A stretch of 64,000 bases of DNA from Octopus vulgaris (taxonomy: Eukaryota), in NCBI GenBank assembly GCA_951406725.2, contig OX597823.1:6882001-6946000 (forward strand), written 5' to 3'. This document shows, piece after piece, positions 25,400 to 37,871 of this stretch. How positions within the stretch are numbered: the first letter of the stretch is position 1; every line of letters starts with the position of its first letter. The notes beneath the pieces were generated by a model, which saw only the letters and a program-made list of their open reading frames with translations, was not told the DNA's origin and searched no databases. A program made the position numbers and the translations under genes.

Positions 25400-27260
25400 G
25401 ATATTGCTGCTCTGCTTTGAGTTTCTTGCTGTTATGTAGGTTCATCTGGGATCTTGGACAGCTGCAGGTCAAGTTGTTTCTTGCAAACATCTATCCCAAC
25501 TCCCAGCGAGGTCCCTCCCCTCATTCATTCACAACATCAACTATGCTCTTTGTCTTTCTAATTCATTCTCTTTCCTCCTCGGCTCCTCCAGATTACTCTT
25601 CACCCTCAACATCAAATCTCTATATACTGTCATCCTTGATAACGATGACCTTCTCATATTAAAACATTTCCTTGACCTGTCTTGATCTTCAATCTGATAC
25701 CTCTGCCCTCTTCTGCTTGGCTGAACTGGCCCTCTCCTTAACTTTCTTCTCATTCACTGGAGAGTTTTACCATCAACTTCTTTGTTGGTTACGGTGGCAC
25801 GTAAAAAGCACCATCCGTTCGTGGCCGTTGCCAGCCTTGCCTGGCCCCCGTGCCGGTGGCACATAAAAAGCACCATCCGATCGTGGTCGTTGCCAGCCTC
25901 GCCTGGTCCCCGTGCCGGTGGCACATAAAAAGCACGATCCATCTGTGGCCGTTTGCCAGCCTCGCCTGGCCCCCGTGCCGGTGGCACGTAAAAAGCACCA
26001 TCCATCTGTGGCCGTTTGCCAGCTCCGTCTGGCACCTGTGTGGGTGGCACGTAAAAAGCACCCACTACACTCACGGAGTGGTTGGCGTTAGGAAGGGCAT
26101 CCAGCCGTAGAAACACTGCTAGATCAGACTGGGCCTGATGCAGCCTTCTAGCTTCACAGACCCCAGTTGAACCATCCAACCCATGCTAGCATGGAAAGCA
26201 GACGCTAAATGATGATGATGATGATGAGGCCCACATTTTCTCTCAGTTCACCTATTCCACTCCTGAGCTATATGTTCATTACATTGACAATTGTATTTGC
26301 GTGAACTCACTCTCTCATCAACATCTTAACTTTGTCCTTTCATCCACTCCTTTCATGCCACCCTTGAATTTTCTTGTTCTTCCTCCCCCACCTCTGTCAA
26401 CTATCTTGATATTTCCATTACACTCCACCACTCCTCTCTTTCCACTTCCATCCACTATAAGCCCTCGGACTCCCACTCTTACTTCAACTTCTCCTCCTCC
26501 CACCCTACCCACACTTCCTCTGTCTCCACTGGCTCTGTAATGATGACCATGACTTCAGAACACAGTTCCATCTCATGGCTTTCCACTTCACCCAAAGTGG
26601 ATACCACCCCACTATTATCCAAACCACCCTTGCTCATTCCTGGTCTGTTGACCATGCATCCACTCTCTCTCCCTATACCTGCTTCCCTTTTCCCCTTACC
26701 ACCCTTCCAACACCCCATTTTACATGCTTTCCACCAGCTTTTGTCTGACCCATCCACTTCCCTCATCTTCCTCAACCCCCACCCCTTCAAATGTGTCCAT
26801 AACCTATCTGGTTTGTAGGTTTTTCCCCACTCCTGCCAATCAACCAAGCTCTTTCCCTTGCCCATGTTGCTACACCTGTCCTTTCCTCTCCAACACTAGT
26901 ATCCTCACCTACACCCACTACTGCCCCTACCACATCACCAATTCATTCACCTGCACCGCCAGCAATTTGATCTGCTGCATCCTCTGTTCTCTGTCTGCCA
27001 CTACCTGTACATTGGTCAAACTGGCTGATACCTAGCTGACCAGTTTGCTGAACATCTTCCGTATATCAGACTTAAAAATAATACCCAGTCTTGTGTCATT
27101 TCTACTCGACCAGTCATTCCCTGTAATATCTGTCTGCGTTGAAACTGGCCTTACACAGAGACCACTCAGACTCTCAAATCCACCATGAGCAGGAATTTAT
27201 TTCCTCTCTCCATACCTCAGTCCCTCAGAGTCTCAGGTCTCCACCTCTTTTCACCTGAAC
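25400..27260 (+). mobile_element. Penelope-like element (RT plus GIY-YIG), decayed, with nested RTE tail
   Basis: YVHYIDNC (degenerate RYIDD, ~26270-26295), CYTCPF...FTCTASNLICCILC, YIGQTG (~27008-27025), FAEHL. Confidence 0.75.
25790..26226 (+). mobile_element. RTE LINE 3' UTR with ~63-bp tandem repeats
   Basis: Five ggtggcac(g/a)taaaaagcac units followed by the conserved tail and (GAT)n. Confidence 0.85.
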
Positions 27261-27904
27261 CTCCACACACATTTACACACATTTCACACTTCTCACCTCT
27301 CACTGCCTCCTCCTTCACTGCTCCATATACACCTCTGCTCTGTTTAACTCATTACTCACATGCAGCATATGCATACACAAACACACACACACACGCACAC
27401 ACACACTCTTTCCTACTCCATACACACTAGCATTCACACACGCATGCACACACATTTCTCCCACTCCACGCACACCAGCACTTCCATTCCCACATGTACA
27501 ATAGCAAGTATATAATCACACACCCAACCTGCATCTGGCATGCACTCCCCCGGCACCCACCTCTTTGTCACCCCTATTCCACCTAGTCAACACACATCCT
27601 CTGACAACACATCAGATAGCCTCACACACACATACTAGTGCCCTTACATATACATATACACAAACACAGAATATGTAGACACATTAGTTTCATATCCACA
27701 CACATAAACACAATATTCATGCATAAACACTACTTACATACACTCACACACATGCGCACAATAGCATCATACTTGCACATGCATACACACTTGTCTGACT
27801 ACCTCTTACACATACATCTAAAAAGGACAGAAGTACACACACATGCACAACACTACTTGCACACAATATGCATGCACCCAATAGCTTCTACACACACTCT
27901 CTCT

Positions 27905-27969
<65 letters not shown>

Positions 27970-28539
27970 CTGATAGCCTTTAGGTGTTCTGTTCTGAGGT
28001 GGAAACTGACCTGTGGGAAGTTTGGTTGCTATTTGTAGCAGGTCGAACATGGTCATTGTGGCAGCAAATGTATATGAAAACAAGGATGGCAAAAAAAAAA
28101 TGGAGAAATGGTACACAAATACAAATAACAGGACATTAACAACAAGTGTCTTTCGACTAAGGATTAATTAAATTAAGCTGACGTGTGTGGAAATGAAGCC
28201 TTATGGCAGAGACATAAGAGATGACAGGCATAGGGAGGAATGTAGATGTTGCATGGAAGAATTAGGGAGGTGTGAGAAAAAAGAAAAGGGACGGAGTGAA
28301 GTGAAAGAGGAGAGAAGGTGAGAATGAGAGAATGTAAAACTACTACTCTTTTCTTTCCCTGAGTGTCTTATTAATACATTGCTTGTGCTACATCCACACA
28401 TTCGTTTGTTTTTTCTTTTTCTTTTCCTCTATGTTTTTTTTATTTGACTATATATACGTACACTCACACACACATACACACACACTCACACACACACACA
28501 CATATACACATATACATATATATATGCAGGAAAGCAGAT

Positions 28540-29708
28540 AAATCACAAACCCCTTCAGATTGATGGCCCTGCTTGATATATAGAAATGGTGTAGGTAGAA
28601 ACTCCATAAGATGTACCTTGTGCAAGCTATGAACACGAGAGGTGCAGCAATATCAGGCAGGTGCACAGGTACAATAGACACTAAAAATGTAAAGAAAGTA
28701 GACTCCATCAAATACCAAGTGGGATACCGAGAAGTAGTTGATAGCTTCTGTTATCTTAGTAACCAAGTCAGTAGTGGAAGTGGATATTCTGCTAGAATAA
28801 GAATAGGCAGGGCAAAGTTCAGAGAGCTTGAAAGAAAGGAAGCTAGTATGCTTCACTGGATGTGCAATGTCATTGTACATGAGCGACAGCATAAGTGTGC
28901 TGAGAGAAAAACTGGGCACAAGAGGCATCAGATGTGGTATTCAAGAAAGATGAATGCACTGGTATGTGATGCATATGGAGAACAGCTGTGTAAAGAAGTG
29001 CCGATCTCTTACTGTGGAGGGAACCTACGGAATAGGTGAACCCAGGAAGACATTGGATCAGGTGGTGAAGCATGATCTTTGAATGTTGGGCCTCATGGAA
29101 CTGATGATTAGTGACTGAGACCTTTGGTGTTATGGTGTGCTTCAGAACACTCAACAAGCTAAGTGAAATTGCAGTCATGGCTGTTGCTGGTCTCATGTAA
29201 ATGCCACCCGTGAAATTGTAATTGTGGCCGTAGTTGGTAGAATGGTCTTCAAATGTTGGGCCTCATAGAAGCAAGGGATGAGTTACTGAAGGATGATCTT
29301 TGAATGTTGAGTCTCACAGAAGTGAGGGACAAGGTGGTGAAGCATGATCTTTGAATGTCAGGTCTCACAGAGGCAATGACAAGTGACCAAGACCATGGCA
29401 ATATGCCGTGCTTGAAAAGACTCATCAAGTCAAGTGAAACTGTTGTCATGACCATTGCCAGTGCCATGTAAATGAAACCCATGAAATTGTAGTCGTGGCT
29501 GCCACTGGTGTCATGCAAATGGTACCTATGCTAGTGGCATATAAAAAGCACCCATTACATTTTTCAAGTGGTTAGCATCAGGGAGAGCATCCAACCATAG
29601 AAATCATACCAAATCAGACTGGAACCTGGTGCAACTCTCTGGCTTACCAATTCCAGTCAAACTGTCTAACCCATGCCAGTATGGAAAGTGGACATCTAAT
29701 GATGATGA

Positions 29709-29711
<3 letters not shown>
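28540..29711 (+). mobile_element. RTE LINE 3' part (ORF end plus 3' UTR), decayed
   Basis: EVVDSFCYLSNQVS...ARIRIGRAKFREL...ASMLHWMCNV; homologous to 60888-62130; (GAT)n tail. Confidence 0.8.
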
Positions 29712-29768
<57 letters not shown>

Positions 29769-30123
29769 AACATGTTCTTCGTTTTTTTGCCTTTGTTGTC
29801 ATACACATTTGCTTGTTTTCTCCCCTCAAAATTTAATGATCTTAGGATAATTTGGTAACTTGACTGATGAGAGGAGGAGGCTGCAAATGACTCATCTTTG
29901 TCTTTTCTGTCTATCTTCGCATTGTCTATTTATCTGGATGTTTGATTGTTGTCTGTTGCATTCTTGTTCCATTTTTTGGATTATATACTGTATATATATA
30001 TATACAAAAAGCAATAAAGATTCAAGTTAATTTAAATGAATTTACTTGAATATGGTACCTAACTTAGATGCACCAAACAAAACTATACTGTTTTAACAAT
30101 ACAGTAATGTGGGGTGATTATAA

Positions 30124-30275
30124 GCGAGAAAGAAGCAACAAGAATGGATAGGTTTTTAGTACAATCGTTTCATACAAGGACAGGCTTTATTAAAAGTTGC
30201 AACTTTTAATAAAGCCTGTCCTTGTATGAAACGATTGTACTAAAAACCTATCCATTCTTGTTGCTTCTTTCTCGC
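30124..30275. repeat. Perfect 152-bp palindrome, zero spacer
   Basis: 30124-30199 is the exact reverse complement of 30200-30275; centre aaaagttg|caactttt. Confidence 0.98.
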
Positions 30276-30319
30276 GTATATATATATATATATATTTATA
30301 TATTTATACATATACATAT

Positions 30320-30733
30320 ACTCTCTCTTTCTCTTTTACTTGTTTTGGTCATTTGACTGCGGCCATGCTGGAGCACCGCCTTTAGTCGAGCAAATCAACC
30401 CCGGGACTTATTCTTTGTAAGCCCAGTACTTATTCCATCGGTCTCTTTTTGCCGAACCGCTAAGTGACGGGTACGTAAACACACCAGCATCGGTTGTCAA
30501 GCAATGCTATGGGGACAAACACAGACACACAAACACACACACACATACATATATATATATACATATATACGACAGGCTTCTTTCAGTTTCCGTCTACCAA
30601 ATCCACTCACAAGGCATTGGTCGGCCCGAGGCTATAGCAGAAGACACTTGCCCAAGATGCAACACAGTGGGACTGAACCCGGAACCATGTGGTTGGTTAG
30701 CAAGCTACTTACCACACAGCCACTCCTGCGCCT
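30320..30733 (-). mobile_element. Composite CORE-type SINE, full length, little decayed
   Basis: Reverse complement starts ggcgcaggagtggctgtgtggtaag...ggttcagtccc and ends ggcggtgctccagcatggccgcagtcaaatgacc; 5' end locally reiterated at 30750-30763. Confidence 0.9.
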
Positions 30734-30806
30734 ATATATGTATGTATATAGCCACTCCTGCGCCCATATATGTATGTATATTTATATTTATACATATACA
30801 TACATG

Positions 30807-30861
<55 letters not shown>

Positions 30862-30916
30862 GTATGTATATTTATACATATACATATATGTATGTATATT
30901 TATACATATACATATA

Positions 30917-30953
<37 letters not shown>

Positions 30954-31759
30954 CATATATGTATGCATATATATTTATATTTATACATATACATATATGT
31001 ACATGTATATATATATGTATATATTAATATTTATACATGTATATATATATGTAAAAATCAACAGACATAAGTTTTATTTGTTTATGTGTGTATATATGCA
31101 TATATATACACACATATATATATATACATATGTGTGTGTGTACACACCATCCCACCTGTGAGAACTGAATAGGTGACCTCACCACACAGGTCAAATTTGA
31201 CAAGAACATAAGAATACTGATGGTTTGTAAACCTTCCATTTGGTTGTCCTTGATAGGCTTAAATCTTTCCCCCACTGTTCCCAATTACTATTAATCTTAT
31301 TTTTTTTTAATTATTTTATATATTTATTTTTTCTTGATTTCATTTACTTTTTCTCTTCTTTTCCTTCCACTTCTTCACCTTTCTTCCTTCATTTTGTTGT
31401 TGTTGTGGTGGTGGTGGTGGTTCTTCTTCTTCTTCTTCTTCTTCTTCTTCTTCTCCTCCTCCTCCTCCCTTAAAATTATCCCCTCAAACCCTTTGTCTCT
31501 CTGTCTATCTGTTCCCAATGCATTCTCAAATGGCTCAACCAAATCAAATCAATTTTACATGGCAATACTATAAGACCCCTTAAGTGTCAACATGTAATGT
31601 TTTTTGTCACTTAGATTAAAACAATGCAACATTGGCACTGGTTTGGTATTATGTTTGGAAAGTCAAAGAAAAAAAATGAAAGAATAAGATCTATTTTGTA
31701 ATGTGATATAGTTTCACTCTTATACTTTTATTTTTAATTCTAACCACCACGATGATGAC

Positions 31760-32660
31760 TATGACGATGACAACGTCACATTTTGTATATGACTGTATCT
31801 GTCTGTGAATGTATGAGTGTGTATATGTTTCACTGTATGTGTGTGTCTTTCCATGTTAGGTACATTATTAAACACACGGTATGTATGTGAGGGCTGGTAA
31901 GTGTTAGCAAGAAATGTTATTTTCATTTCAATTAAAAGAATATAACATTTCATAGGGATAATCTTTCTGTTGGTCAACAGGACATTTTATACCATGAGGA
32001 CAATGACATCACATTTTGTATATGACTGTGTATCTGTCTGTGAGTGTATCTGTGTAAGTGTATGAGTGTGTATATGTCTCATAGTGTGTGTGTGTCTCTC
32101 TATGTTAGGTACGTTATTAAACGCACACATTTAAACGTATACATATGTGATAACTGACATGCATGAATGTATGTCTGTGTTTGTCTGAGGGCTGGCCAGT
32201 GTCAATATGAAATTTTATTTACATTCCATTAAAACAATATAACATTTTATAGAGGTAATCTTTCTATTGTCAACAGGACATTTTATACCACAACGACGAC
32301 ATCCCATTTTGTATATGAATGTGTATCTGTCTGAGTCTATGACCGTGTATATATCTTTCTGCATTAGGTATGTTATTAAATACACACACATCTACACATA
32401 CATATACATATGTAATGACTGACATGCATCAATGTATGTCTCTGAGTGGCTATCTTAGTATATGTATGTGAGTGTATGTCAGGAACATTTTATATGAAGA
32501 TGATGATGGTGTCACATTTTGTATATGAGTATATTTTGTGTATGAGTGTGTATATATCTGTGAGTGCATGTGTTTCCGTATTACATATGTTATTAAACGC
32601 ACATGCAGAACATGCAGACATCTGCATGTGATGAGTGACATGCCTGAATGTATGTCTGTA
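31760..32660. repeat. Degenerate tandem repeat, four units of ~210-290 bp
   Basis: Unit anchors cattttgtatatga (~31779, ~32012, ~32305, ~32515), ttattaaa, and ga(c)attttata recur in order. Confidence 0.75.
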
Positions 32661-32824
32661 TGTAAGTGCTTGAAGTAAAACTCTTGAAAAAAACTAATGA
32701 GGTGGCAAAGTCCAAGGTATATATAAAAATACACATTTACTGCTCCATTACCATTTAATAATTATCGTAGCAGTTGCAAAGTATTTACAATTACATATTT
32801 ACCCTTACCTTAAGAAATTTATCC

Positions 32825-32871
<47 letters not shown>

Positions 32872-34249
32872 CTTTGCCTCTTTGTAATAATTGTGGTATT
32901 TACTGTTAGATTAGCAGTTCCATACAATGTGCTTCAATTTTGTTCATTTGCTTATCTTTCGTCAATGCTGCATTTTCCCTGTACCACCTGTTTCAATATA
33001 ACTGTATTATATATACAAATTATACCATTTTAATCTTGAGCAACACTGGATATCTTTGCTAGTCTATAATAAATAGGACAGTATTGTTCTAATTTGGTAC
33101 TTTTGGGTTCATGGTTAATCTATATTTCTTTTTTTTTTTTGTATGGGTATTTCCCTTTCTGTTGATTACAATAGTTTTAGTTCATAGATTCAAAATAACT
33201 GTTTTACAGATTTATTAGAAATTTCCGGTAATTAAGCTAGCTTAAGTTTATATTTTCATGAATTGGATACAATTAAAACTTATAACTAACTATTTAGACT
33301 TAATTTGCTCATGTTTAATTATGTGCGTACCAGCTATATTTTGCCACTCATATTTTTTCTTTCCCTTATCAGTTTATTGTATTCTATTTTACTTTATTCA
33401 GTTAATATTATTGCGATTGTTATAGCTACCTCAATGAGTTAATTCTTCCCTTTCTTTATTCTCTCTCTCTCTCTCTCTCTCTCTGCTGAATTTCTTTGGG
33501 AAATATTCTTAAATCTCTATGCATCAATCCTCGATATATTTTATCTATACACTAATTAGCATCATCACTCTTAATTAAATCTAGTGTATTCATTCCATTT
33601 ATTCTGTGATAATTAAACTGAAGGTTTTAGTTTGTATTAAATTTAAGAAAATAATTAAACACTGCATATCTTATCTACCTATATATTCCATTCCTTCAAA
33701 TATGCTGCACAATTTTATTTAAACATTGTCTCTTTTGCAAATGGTGTCTGAATCTTACTTTAAAGCATTGATGGAGTCAGAGTTTGAATTTGGTGCCATT
33801 CTCTTAAGATAATCATTTTTTTTTGTTGCTAGTGTATGATTCTATTTAGAGTCATTAGGTTTAATGAGGATGGAGTAAATATATGCCATTCAACTTTTCT
33901 TCTGTTTTTTTGTTCTTCCCATTTTTGTTGTTAATTTCGCTTGCAGCTTAATTGAACTATAATTTTGATTGACTGGATATATTCTCACCCTCTACCATAC
34001 CTGAACTGTTGCTATTTCTTGCTTTGGGTGTTTACATGTTGTTAGACATGTTAATCTGATGGCATATCAATTATTTACCTACCTACATTATGGTGAAGCC
34101 TGAAGAGTTGAGAGATTCAGTATAACATATTGCATAATCTTAATGATGTTGCATGTCTTATATACCTGCAAGTACAATATTATATCACAATAAATTCTCT
34201 CAATGAAACATTATAACAATGCCATATAATCCGTTCATCTGTTTTTATT

Positions 34250-34510
34250 ATCATCATCATCATTGTTTAACGTCCGTTTTCCGTGCCAGCACGGGTTGGA
34301 TAGTCCGACCAGGGTCTGGGAAGCCAGGGGCTGCACCAGGCTCCAGTCTGATCTGGCAGTGTTTCTACAGCTGGATGCCCTTCCTAATGCCAACCACTCC
34401 GCGAGTGTAGTGGGTGCTTTTTACGTGCCACCGGCACAGGTGCCAGGGGTGTCTGGCATCGGCCACGATCGGTTGGTGCTTTTAACGTGCCACCAGCACG
34501 GAAGCCAGCC
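34250..34510 (-). mobile_element. RTE LINE 3' UTR fragment
   Basis: Reverse complement of the family at 21236-21562. Confidence 0.85.
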
Positions 34511-35384
34511 ATAGACAGATACATACATAGATAGATATCATCATTAAATAATGATGTTGGCTATCTATCTATCTGTTTTCCATGATGGCATGGGTTGGAT
34601 GGTTTGACATGAGCTGGCAAGTCAGATGGCTTTGCCAAGCTCTCTTGTCTGTTGACATGGTTTCTATGGTTGAATGCCAACCATTTTACAGAATGTACTG
34701 AGATATTTTTAAGTGGAACTAGCAGCAATGAGGTCACCAAATAACTTACAAGATAAGGCTCCTCAACTGAGTAGGGAGTAGCATTGAGTGGGTCAGGTGG
34801 TGAGAGGTTAGAGTATGAAGAGGGTCAGAAACAGGTATTTTGCAGTAAAGGAGATACATGGCTACCTCAGGAGAAGAGAGCAAGATGAGCTGCTGGTGAA
34901 GATGTGATGGGGACCATGACATTACTTAACTGGTTAGGATGGGTCTTATGTACAAATATATTCATATGTACTAGCAGGGCCTGTGAATATTTCACAGAAT
35001 TAAGGGTAAACTTATTGGGTTATTTCTGGAAACTTTATCATAAAAACGTGAAAGTGTAGCCTGTGTTGTGTCTGTATCTGCCAATCATTAAAAACTGAAG
35101 AAAATTGGAATACAATGATTATTTAATACTCTTACATATACACTTTATATACTTTATGCACAATTTTATAAACTTAATACACGGCAACCTCTCTCTTTCC
35201 TTCTCACTCATCACCTTACCTTTTTTTCTTTACTATTTCTTTTATTTTTCATCTTTCCCTTCAACTAATCATATGAAAGTGTTACAGATGGGCTAAAGAA
35301 CAGGAAAAGACAATTATTTCAAACAAAAAAGATTACCCATTTCACTCAACACCACCTCTCCCTCCCCAGCTCTTATCTAATAAT

Positions 35385-35430
<46 letters not shown>

Positions 35431-35706
35431 GCTTTGCATTACATGAAATATAGGTAAAACATTATAAATGAATTTGGTGAGGTAATTATGTGATGTAGAC
35501 ACAGACTTAAGAAAACCCTTCTACATAATAAATTCTGAGGACTCTATTTGTTAAACAAGACTACTATTTTATTATCTTCTCTTTCTTTTGTACAATTTAC
35601 TATCCTTTTCTTAGTTCTCAAATATGGGTCTTTGTTTCCTTGCATTTGAACAGCTATATGGTAATGATATTTGACAACAATTTTTCATGCTTTTCTTGTT
35701 TTTTTT

Positions 35707-35730
35707 CAGGGTTAGGGTTAGGGTTAGGTT
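35707..35730 (+). repeat. Short interstitial telomere-like (TTAGGG) tract
   Basis: cagggttagggttagggttaggtt. Confidence 0.6.
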
Positions 35731-36521
35731 TTATTTACAGTTTATCATGGTCGTTTGATTTATATTTTCAGTTTATTCATGTTTTCTTTGTACTTTCATG
35801 TTATTTGTTTTAGTCAATGTGTGCATTTATTTGGATATATATATATATATATGTGTGTATGTGTGTGTGTTCATGTATGTGTATCTATCTAAGGGTGCTC
35901 CTTCACTTAGATAGATATGTATCATTTAAATATGAGCTAGTAATAGTTTCATGCCATGGAAACACAATAAGCAGATTTATATAGTGTCTCCATGCAGTCC
36001 TTCAGGCTCAAATACACTTGTATAAATGCATGTATATATTTATATAGAGAATTGTGTATGTGTATGTATATATATGTACGTATGAGCATTTGTATACAAG
36101 TATTTATATATGTATGTACAACAGTGTAAGTAAATCTGTTTTCTTATTTGTCAGTTTTTATGTTTTTAATTATGCTGTTTAACCTGATCTATAAAAGGAA
36201 TTGCATTATTTGATCATCTTCTACTTGTCTTTCTATTCATTATTCCCCCTATTTATGTGTATTCTTTAACAATTCCTTATACATTTCTTTCAATTTGTAC
36301 TTGTCTGAATAGTTTACACTTTTATTCTTGGTCCTCAATTATCTTATGGTGACTAAATTTTTTTCTGTATTATAATTTATATATCTGTTCTTTGTATTAT
36401 TTATATGTGTGCATACATTTTTATATAGGTCTTTGAGTGCATTTAATAGTATAGATGTATGTATATATATGCTTGTGTGTGTGTGTGTAGGTATATATAC
36501 ATATATATATATATATATTTA

Positions 36522-36571
<50 letters not shown>

Positions 36572-36699
36572 ATGTGCGTGTGTGTGTGTGTGTGTGTGGA
36601 TGCACAGGCGTGTGCATGCTGGAAAAACATTGCTTATTTAGATTATTTGAGAATTTCAAGTTTGCAATCATTGAATAAATTATACTAAAAGAAAAGAAA

Positions 36700-37871
36700 T
36701 CATATTACCAACAGTTAAAAAGAAGTCTATTAAATAAAATATATTCTAAAGAAAGGATAAACCACATTATTCTAGTTGTAAAAATTATAGAAAATAATTG
36801 GCAATTGGGATGAATTTCAAAATAGTTAGGAAAGGAGTGCTTATAAGCTAATTGGTGAAACAAACATGAGGAAGGGGGCTCATTAGCATATGAACCAAGT
36901 ATCAAATTAGTTATCCCTAATTCAGGTTAGTGGGGGGGGGAGAATTTCATATATTATTATGGGTAACTTCAATGTTAACATAACTAGGGTATTGAATTTA
37001 TCTGTTTATACTAAGGCAAGCTAATTATTTAAGATTTCTGTTTGCAAATGCTAAGAATGGTCTACTGTATAAATGTGAGCATTGACTCAAAAATTCATTA
37101 TGTTTATTTTTTTAAGTTGGAGTTACATTTCAGGAGTTCTAGAGCTTTCTCTAGGTACAAAGTGTACAGAGAATTCTCTCCATGATATGGAAAAGTGCTT
37201 TCTATTATAGACCATTTGATAAAGTATTTTACATTATTCTCCTCGAGTTTCCACAGAAATTTCTTAATGACGTAACATTTCCTTTTATATTTAAGGAAGT
37301 GCGATTATGGAGTTGGGATTTTGTAGCTTATGTTACAATATACTATACCAAGTGTTGTTAGAGAACATTTATAAACTATATTTTTCCTCAGTTGACCAAG
37401 AGGCAATTACTATAGTTCCTACAATTACATAGTTCATTCAGCTTATAGTTATAGAAGTTTCCATTTATTTTATTAGTATTAATACTATTCTCTATATGAA
37501 ATATCAGTAGATTAACACCCACTGTATTCTGACTAGATACATGTTACATATTAACCCTCACTTCCTCTGGACTAGATACACTCATTTCATTAAAAGTGAA
37601 CCCAGACTGTTTTAAAAGTTCATAGTAAGGACTAGTTCTTTTCTTTTGCTTCAAAGATTTTCAATTATCTTGTATTGTGAGCTGCTATAATATCAGCCCT
37701 ATTAGCTGTGGTAGTGTATGCAAATTTTACAGAATGCTTATTGAATATCCTTCTATATCTCTTTGAAAGGGGGAAATATTTGTCTGGGGCTATAAAGAAT
37801 TTATCTGGGACGTTTGTGGCTACATGAACTTCAAACAGAGCATTATACCAACATTCTATTCTCTGCTGCAT
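36700..37871 (-). mobile_element. Penelope-like element remnant (RT thumb/linker toward GIY-YIG)
   Basis: WYNALFEVHVATNV..KFF...KYFP....YRRIFNKHSVKFAYTTTAN..DIIAAHN resembles the PLE WFNPP..V.TN...HFP...KIFN..TVK.SYS...II..HN motif; left boundary approximate. Confidence 0.7.

Noticed and set aside
25790-26062. Regularly spaced ggtggcacgtaaaaagcacc repeats resembling a CRISPR array
   Set aside because: The spacers are similar to each other and the array is part of the RTE 3' UTR seen in many copies; eukaryotic context, no cas genes
26301-26865. Pro/Ser/Thr-rich and Gly-rich ORFs as host exons
   Set aside because: They lie within the C-rich decayed Penelope-like element and are off-frame readings
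35707-35730. True telomere or chromosome fusion site
   Set aside because: Only about three units with no head-to-head arrangement; similar repeats occur inside the TIR element at 47062-47702
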